This document shows, piece by piece, positions 18,429 through 23,654 of a stretch of DNA of 23,654 nt. Position 1 is the stretch's first letter; every line of letters begins with the position of its first letter. Source of the DNA: Candidatus Micrarchaeia archaeon (GTDB lineage Archaea > Micrarchaeota > Micrarchaeia > Micrarchaeales > CABMGC01); assembly GCA_049966395.1 (NCBI GenBank), contig JBMFUT010000009.1, forward strand, positions 1 to 23,654. The letters run 5' to 3'. The position numbers were made by a program, and so were the translations under genes. The notes beneath the pieces were generated by a model. That model ran no database searches and was not told the DNA's origin. It saw only the letters and a list, made by a program, of their open reading frames with translations.

Positions 18429-18460
18429 ATGCAACACTATACTTTATTTGCCTGCAAATG

Positions 18461-18508
18461 TTTATATGCATTTTTGGATTGGGTTTGCCAAACTTAATGC
18501 TTTATTTA
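18461..18508. promoter_or_regulatory. Divergent TATA elements for the carbamoyltransferase and GTPase genes
   Basis: TATAAA on the minus strand (18466-18461) and TTTATTTA on the plus strand (18501-18508, 29 nt before ATG 18530). Confidence 0.4.
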
Positions 18509-18529
18509 TTTTTGCAGCTTGATAATACT

Positions 18530-19696
18530 ATGCAAATAGGTATCGTGGGCGCTCCAAACAAGGGCAAGACAACCCTGTTCTCTGCAATGACAATGGTCAA
18601 CGCTCAGATTGCGGATTATCCTTTTACTACGATAAAGCCCAACTTTGGAGTGGCGTATGTTACAAAAAAATGCCCTGATGCAGAGCTCGGAGTACACTGC
18701 AGCCCTAAAAATTCAATATGCATGGAGGGCACCAGGCTTGTGCCAATCAACATAATAGATGTCGCTGGGCTTGTGCCAGGGGCGCATCTAGGGAAGGGAA
18801 TGGGCAACCAGTTCCTAAACGACCTTGCTGGAGTCGACGCACTTATACAAGTAGTTGACGCCAGCGGAAGGACAGACGTGCAAGGCAATCCTTGCAGCAA
18901 CTGCGATCCAGCCGAAGACGTCCTAATGATTGCCGACGAGCTCGCCTTTTGGCTGAGCGGAATCATAAAGAGGCATATGAATACATTCAGCAGAAGAAGC
19001 GATGGGGCGGTGGCGCTAAAGGAGATTCTTACAAGCTTCAACGTGAGCGAAGAGCAGATAGTCGCCGCCGCTAACAGGACCGGGCTTCCTATTTCTAATA
19101 TAGCGTGGTCTGACTCTGACATTAATGAGTTTTCAAGAGAGCTGCTCAAGGCAAGCAAGCCCATAATAGTCGCGGCAAACAAGACAGACATCAGTAGCAG
19201 CACACAAATAGATGAGCTGAAGCGCAGGCTCAAAGGCTACACCGTAGTGCCTTGCTCTGCCGCAATAGAGCTTGCGCTAAGGAAAGCTGCAAAATCTGGA
19301 GTGATAAGCTACGTCCCTGGAAGCAGGGAATTCGATATAAACAAGGAGGTCAGCAAAGAGCAGGAGGACGCCCTTAACTACATGAGGAAGTTCATATCCG
19401 AAAAGACGACCGGGGTGCAAGAGCTTATAAACAAGGCGGCTTTCGATCTGCTCCGCATGATTGTAGTTTATCCTGTGGAAGACGAAAACAAATATACAGA
19501 CCATTACGGCAACGTTCTGCCAGATGCTATCCTTGTTAAGGAGGGCACAACGGCTGAAGGGCTTGCGGCGCGGATACACACAGACTTAGCAAAGCACATG
19601 CTATACGCAATAGATGCCCGCAGCAAGATGAGGCTGCCGAAAAGCTACGTTCTCAAGGATAACGATATAATCAAGATAGTCAGCGCAGCGAAATGA
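18530..19696 (+). CDS. ychF: Obg-family translation-associated GTPase, archaeal YchF/Ygr210-like, with C-terminal TGS domain
   Basis: G1 GAPNKGKTT, G2 YPFTT, G3 DVAG, GKGMGNQFL, G4 NKTD, TGS (LPDAILVKEGTTA...IHTDL...DNDIIKI). Start at MQIGIVG. Confidence 0.9.
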   Translation: MQIGIVGAPNKGKTTLFSAMTMVNAQIADYPFTTIKPNFGVAYVTKKCPDAELGVHCSPKNSICMEGTRLVPINIIDVAGLVPGAHLGKGMGNQFLNDLAGVDALIQVVDASGRTDVQGNPCSNCDPAEDVLMIADELAFWLSGIIKRHMNTFSRRSDGAVALKEILTSFNVSEEQIVAAANRTGLPISNIAWSDSDINEFSRELLKASKPIIVAANKTDISSSTQIDELKRRLKGYTVVPCSAAIELALRKAAKSGVISYVPGSREFDINKEVSKEQEDALNYMRKFISEKTTGVQELINKAAFDLLRMIVVYPVEDENKYTDHYGNVLPDAILVKEGTTAEGLAARIHTDLAKHMLYAIDARSKMRLPKSYVLKDNDIIKIVSAAK

Positions 19697-19699
19697 CTT

Positions 19700-20227
19700 T
19701 CAGGATACTACTTTCCTGGAATGCGACAAAGCGGCAAAGGCCATACTAAGCAGTATGACTATTGCGGCTGGTAGAACCAGCCAATAGCTTACAAGGAAGG
19801 TAAGAGTAGGAACTATATTCGGAAGCACATAAAGTATTATTTCGTAAATTATCACTATGGCAACGACGTATATTATGCTGACGTATATCCCGTTTATTAC
19901 CCCTGCGGTCATAGCAGCCTTCATATCCTTTGCTCTTGTACCTATCTCGGCGCCTATAACCGCGCCCACTATTATAGGCAATATAAGGGATCCTGGCATG
20001 AAAAGTATGAAGTTTGCTGTCGTGCCGAAAAATTTGGCAATGCTGCTCGACGGATTTATTAAAGAGGGCTGAAGCAGTATTATTTTCACCACTAGTGATA
20101 CTACAAGCAGCAGCACCCATATGAACATTGGTTCTGCTATGCTTACCTGCACCTTTTTCTTCTGCTCGTCCTCGGCTTCGGAATCCTCTTTCGGGTCGTC
20201 GTCGAATTTCTCAGGTTCCTTTAGCAC
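19700..20227 (-). CDS. Hypothetical membrane protein (about 4 TM, acidic N-terminus)
   Basis: GTG start preceded by AAGGCGA; four hydrophobic segments; 61 nt downstream of the GT2 gene on the same strand. Confidence 0.7.
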   Translation of the reverse strand: MLKEPEKFDDDPKEDSEAEDEQKKKVQVSIAEPMFIWVLLLVVSLVVKIILLQPSLINPSSSIAKFFGTTANFILFMPGSLILPIIVGAVIGAEIGTRAKDMKAAMTAGVINGIYVSIIYVVAIVIIYEIILYVLPNIVPTLTFLVSYWLVLPAAIVILLSMAFAALSHSRKVVS

Positions 20228-20288
20228 TGCATCGCCTTTACGAGACTATTTTGCAATATAGATTAAAAAGCTTTTCATTTGCGCAGAG

Positions 20289-21002
20289 CTAGCTTCTGCC
20301 GAAGTTCTTGACTATTGTCTTTAGTATTATGTATCCATCGCGGAAAGTCCTCAGCTTGCCTGTGCCGAACTGCCTCTTTTTCTCCATGCTTGGAACTTCA
20401 AGCACTCTAAGGCCTTTTTCCACAGCTTTTATGTTTATTTCAGTCTCTATGCCGAAACCGGTCTCTCTGAGCCCGAGCTTTTCTAATGTCCCTTTCCTGA
20501 AGCTCCTGTAGCCATAGCAGAGGTCAGAGTAATCTGAATGGAAAAGAGCGTTTACAAGAATAACAAAGAACTTGTTGCCTAGTCTTCTTATAAGGGGCAT
20601 GTCCTCAGAGCCGCCTCCTGTTATGAATCGAGAGCCCATGCACACGTCGTAGCCGGCTTCTATCCCTGCTATAAGAAGTTTTAATTCCATCGGGCTGTGC
20701 GACATGTCGGCATCCATTGATATTTGTATGGTACCCCTTGCGGCCTTGAGTCCTTTTATGAGCGCCGAGCCCTTGCCGACGTCGTCGTAAATGATCTTCG
20801 CGCCAAGCGATTTTGCTATTTTGACGGTTTTGTCTTTGGAATGGCCGTCAACCACGATTACCTCGTAGTTGTAGCCTGAAAGTATCTTTCTTACTCCTTT
20901 TATTACCCGCCCTATGTTTTTCTCCTCGTTAAGCGTCGGTATTACTACTGAGATGTATGGATTTGCATTGCCTTTAGCGCGTAAACTCTTCATAAAATCC
21001 AT
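20289..21002 (-). CDS. GT2 glycosyltransferase, dolichol/polyprenol-phosphate glycosyltransferase (DPM1-like)
   Basis: VVIPTLNEE, VVDGHSKD, GKGSA, DxD motif MDADMSH, GSRF, SDLCYGYR, FGIETE; no TM domain. Start may be 20993. Confidence 0.9.
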   Translation of the reverse strand: MDFMKSLRAKGNANPYISVVIPTLNEEKNIGRVIKGVRKILSGYNYEVIVVDGHSKDKTVKIAKSLGAKIIYDDVGKGSALIKGLKAARGTIQISMDADMSHSPMELKLLIAGIEAGYDVCMGSRFITGGGSEDMPLIRRLGNKFFVILVNALFHSDYSDLCYGYRSFRKGTLEKLGLRETGFGIETEINIKAVEKGLRVLEVPSMEKKRQFGTGKLRTFRDGYIILKTIVKNFGRS

Positions 21003-21067
21003 TTTGAATTGTAATATGCCTTTATATCTCTAATTAAGATTTAATAACTTGCCCAAAGGCAGCTCGC

Positions 21068-21093
21068 AAAAGAAATTGGGGTTTAAGCCCCGA
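21068..21093 (-). terminator. Possible terminator of the Thr-rich protein gene
   Basis: Short GGGG...CCCC stem (21078-21091) followed on the minus strand by AATTTCTTTT, about 30 nt after the stop at 21121. Confidence 0.3.
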
Positions 21094-21120
21094 AAGATGC
21101 AATTGGAAAAATTTAGATTA

Positions 21121-21573
21121 TCAGGATTTCACTTTTTTCTTAGAAACAAGGATGTAGTATATTATTGCGATTATCGCTAGCGCTACAACTATAGATAGAT
21201 AAAGTATTTCATTGCTGCTTGAAGGCGGCGTTTTGGTATACGGGATTGTGGTTGGAGCAGGTATAGTGCTTGTGGTAGCAATTGAAGTAGTTACATTAGT
21301 TGGAACTGTTGTCGGGATTGTTGAAGTTGTCGGAGTTGTAGTTGAAATCGATGTTGTTGAATTTGGCAGCGCCGTTGAAATTACTGTGCCGTTTGGATAT
21401 TGGCAGCCCCACAAGACAAATCCGTTTGGACAAGTGCCGACATTGTGGCAAATCGCACTTGGCGGGCATGTTAACTGAGAGCATCCGACGCATGAAGTAA
21501 GGTTTGCCGCATAGCTAATAGAAGCTAAAAATGCAAATAGAACAATACCTATCCATGGCAGTTTCATGTCCAT
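21121..21573 (-). CDS. Small surface protein: signal peptide, 6-Cys mini-domain, Thr-rich stalk, C-terminal TM anchor
   Basis: Hydrophobic N-terminus ending SYA; C-x2-C-x4-C-x5-C-x5-C-x8-C; TTSTIPTT-type repeats; TM helix followed by KKKVKS. TTTTAAAT about 25-30 nt upstream favours ATG 21573 or 21567. Confidence 0.8.
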   Translation of the reverse strand: MDMKLPWIGIVLFAFLASISYAANLTSCVGCSQLTCPPSAICHNVGTCPNGFVLWGCQYPNGTVISTALPNSTTSISTTTPTTSTIPTTVPTNVTTSIATTSTIPAPTTIPYTKTPPSSSNEILYLSIVVALAIIAIIYYILVSKKKVKS

Positions 21574-21716
21574 CAACTTCACTTACGCCATAAAAATTTA
21601 AAAGTTTTGCTATTAGTTTACTTTCGCCACACAATCTGAACTGCGGTTTCTCTATCTTAAAGAAAAGTATTTAGTTTGTCGACTTCATAAAGAATCAAAT
21701 TGTAGGAACTGGTTGC

Positions 21717-22778
21717 ATGAAAGATATCATGAAACTTCTTGGGTTAGGCATGACTGCTCTCAAAAGCAACTTTGCCAATTTGGAAAAGCCTTACAAGCTC
21801 ACTTTTGCGATAACCTACAGGTGCCAATCAAGATGCCTGACGTGCAACATATGGCAGATGAAGCCAACGAACGAGCTTGGACTTGACGAGATAAGGAAGT
21901 TCGCCATGGCAAACAGCTTCAAATGGATAGAAATAACCGGAGGGGAACCTTTCCTCAGGAGCGACATAGTAGAAGTAGTAAAAGCTTTTCTGGAGGGTAG
22001 CAAGGACCTTTACATAGTCACAATACCGACTAATTCTCTCACAAGCCACGATCTTATAATCGGCAAGGTGGAGGAAATGCTCAAGGCAGGCCTGCCAAGG
22101 CTGTCTATAACTGTGAGCCTTGACGGCTACAGGGAGCTGCATGACGAGATACGCGGCATAAAGGGCAACTACGACAAGGCGATAGACATGTTCAAAAGAC
22201 TGAAGGCATTGCAAAAAAGGTACAGCAACCTCGTCGTCGTTTTTGGATATACGATAAGCAGGTACAACCAGGGCAAGCTTGAGCTTACTTTCCAGGAGGT
22301 CAAGAAAGACGTGCCTGAAGTTACAAGGAACGACTTCCATATAAACGTTGGGCAGATTTCCGACATATACTATGGCAATTCCAATCTTGACATTACCGCA
22401 AAGAGGGAAATAATAAGTGACGAAATAGAAAATTTCATAAGGAAAAGGAATTTCGAGCTAGGCGCAATACCTATCATAGAAAGCATTTTCCTAAAAAAAC
22501 TCGTCAAGTTTCTTGAGACGGGGAAGCCGCCGATGAAAAGCAGAAGCCTCGACGCATCGCTCTTCATGGACAGCTACGGCAACGTCTACCCTAGCATAAT
22601 GTGGGGGAGGAAGATAGGTAACATAAGGGAAAGCAACTACAGCCTTGATGGTATATGGCACAATGCAGAAGCGGAGGAGGTGAGGAAGCTCATAAGAGAG
22701 GGTAAGGAGCCTGCAGGATGGACCGCGTGCGAAGCCTATCAGAGCATAGTAGGCGACATAAAGGACAGCATATTCTGA
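21717..22778 (+). CDS. Radical SAM protein with degenerate SPASM/Twitch-like C-terminal domain
   Basis: CQSRCLTC (C36/C40/C43), TGGEPF, VSLDG, HDEIRG; C-terminal DSYGNVYPS...IGNIRE...IW matches a SPASM/Twitch scaffold. Confidence 0.9.
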   Translation: MKDIMKLLGLGMTALKSNFANLEKPYKLTFAITYRCQSRCLTCNIWQMKPTNELGLDEIRKFAMANSFKWIEITGGEPFLRSDIVEVVKAFLEGSKDLYIVTIPTNSLTSHDLIIGKVEEMLKAGLPRLSITVSLDGYRELHDEIRGIKGNYDKAIDMFKRLKALQKRYSNLVVVFGYTISRYNQGKLELTFQEVKKDVPEVTRNDFHINVGQISDIYYGNSNLDITAKREIISDEIENFIRKRNFELGAIPIIESIFLKKLVKFLETGKPPMKSRSLDASLFMDSYGNVYPSIMWGRKIGNIRESNYSLDGIWHNAEAEEVRKLIREGKEPAGWTACEAYQSIVGDIKDSIF

Positions 22779-22828
22779 CACTGGAAACGAATAAATACCA
22801 GAAGATAGATAGCTTTATCAGCGATTTT

Positions 22829-22969
22829 ATGGCAGGCAGCAGCGAAAAATTGTCTTGGGAGGAAATAGGAAAAATAATCGAAGACGCCAACAGGCGGTCG
22901 TGGCTTTTCAAGGGCATCGAATTAGTAGAAAAAAGATTAAAGGTGCTAAAAGAAGCGAGGAAGAAATAG
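22829..22969 (+). CDS. Possible small protein (46 aa)
   Basis: ATG 22829 gives MAGSSEKLSWEEIGKIIEDANRRSWLFKGIELVEKRLKVLKEARKK, an amphipathic helical pattern with codon choices like neighbouring genes; no family recognised. Confidence 0.45.
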   Translation: MAGSSEKLSWEEIGKIIEDANRRSWLFKGIELVEKRLKVLKEARKK

Positions 22970-23407
22970 GACAGAATGTACTGCCGGCGCAAAGCAGCGC
23001 AAGTTTTGTCCTCGTGATGTTGCTTCCTAGCCGATCAGCAGGCAAAAGTGTTATAATCTATGATCGGAATAAAAACAAACGCAGATGCGGAAAGGTTGCC
23101 AGGGCAGTGAAAGGATTGAGAAACAACCCCAGGCTATACCAAAAACTCATCTTTATGGGTTAGGTATTCAATTGTCTAGAGAATCTGTTGTTCAGCCAGC
23201 TTATGCATCTGATATTCTTTGATATTATTCAATGCTGTTGCATTTGTATTAAGGAATTGCAATCGCCTTTTGGCCATTAAAGGGCGATTCGCTAAAAATA
23301 TTATTCTGTCGGCATCAGACCCTGCAATTAGTAGTTGCTAAGCTTCGAAAAGCGCACAGTGAGAAAGCTTTGAAGTAGTTGCTATGAAAGTGTTTACACA
23401 TGCCGAG

Positions 23408-23654
23408 CTAAATACCTGTGGTATATGCCTTTGGGGTTTTTATAGGATGATATCCATCAGGGAAGCTAGCGGAGTAGGTATCTGCCTTCCTGAAATCTGC
23501 ACTTTCGAGGCCTTTTGCACCTGTGAAATCTGCACCAAAGAGTGATGCATAAACGAATTCTGTAAATGTGAGTATTGTATTGGAGAAATCTGCCATATTG
23601 AGGTACGCGTATCCAAAGGTTGCACCATTAAGGTCTGCGCCGCTGAAGTTTGCA
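23408..23654 (-). CDS. Pentapeptide-repeat protein, C-terminal part (5' end outside the window)
   Basis: The frame is open to the window edge and reads ANFSG ADLNG ATFGY AYLNM ADFSN TILTF TEFVY ASLFG ADFTG AKGLES ADFRK ADTYS ASFPD, matching A(D/N)(L/F)xx repeats. Confidence 0.85.
   Translation of the reverse strand, partial: ANFSGADLNGATFGYAYLNMADFSNTILTFTEFVYASLFGADFTGAKGLESADFRKADTYSASFPDGYHPIKTPKAYTTGI

Noticed and set aside
18458..18529. Hydrophobic N-terminal extension on the GTPase (and a similar one on the Lrp at 10683-10721)
   Set aside because: Translation of AT-rich promoter sequence; family homology starts at the downstream ATG.
18616..19233. 205-aa antisense ORF over the GTPase, and similar antisense ORFs over the pdh genes
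   Set aside because: Antisense shadows of well-supported genes.
21230..21360. Repetitive GTT/GTA/GTG-rich DNA considered as a CRISPR array or tandem repeat
   Set aside because: It is the antisense of Thr codons in the mucin-like stalk; there is no repeat-spacer periodicity.
23261..23330. GGCGAT-containing hairpin considered as a fluoride riboswitch
   Set aside because: The remaining conserved elements and the pseudoknot are not in the right order, and no fluoride-related gene follows.
23330..23394. 11-bp direct repeat AGTAGTTGCTA (23330-23340 and 23384-23394) with inner AAGCTTCGAA/AAGCTTTGAA
   Set aside because: Only two short copies and no transposase, integrase or cas gene nearby; insufficient for a target-site duplication, att site or CRISPR call.

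Overview
This is a densely coding archaeal chromosomal segment. TATA boxes lie about 25-35 nt before start codons, GGTG(A)-type RBSs are present, and there is an archaeal-type Obg/YchF GTPase and a tandem Lrp regulator; a Micrarchaeota/DPANN-like origin is my inference and is not proven. Contents from left to right: a YjjX-type ITP/XTPase; a divergent LplA-family protein with altered active-site motifs; a complete 2-oxoacid (pyruvate) dehydrogenase operon pdhABCD, followed by an alpha/beta hydrolase and a TauE/SafE permease; a coiled-coil protein; an EamA/DMT transporter with an extra soluble domain, divergent from a double-Lrp regulator; agmatinase plus a pyruvoyl decarboxylase that looks arginine-specific; and a cell-surface region. 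That region holds two anchored surface proteins, a GT-C glycosyltransferase coupled to a NodU/CmcH carbamoyltransferase, a DPM-like GT2, and a radical SAM enzyme whose SPASM/Twitch cysteines are replaced by Ser. The 3' end of a pentapeptide-repeat gene sits at the right edge. I saw no rRNA, tRNA, CRISPR array or mobile element. The best candidates for an undescribed system are (1) a lipid-linked carbamoylated or radical-modified sugar pathway for surface glycosylation and (2) a lipoate-salvage module around the PDH operon. Both are hypotheses built from motifs and gene neighbourhood.
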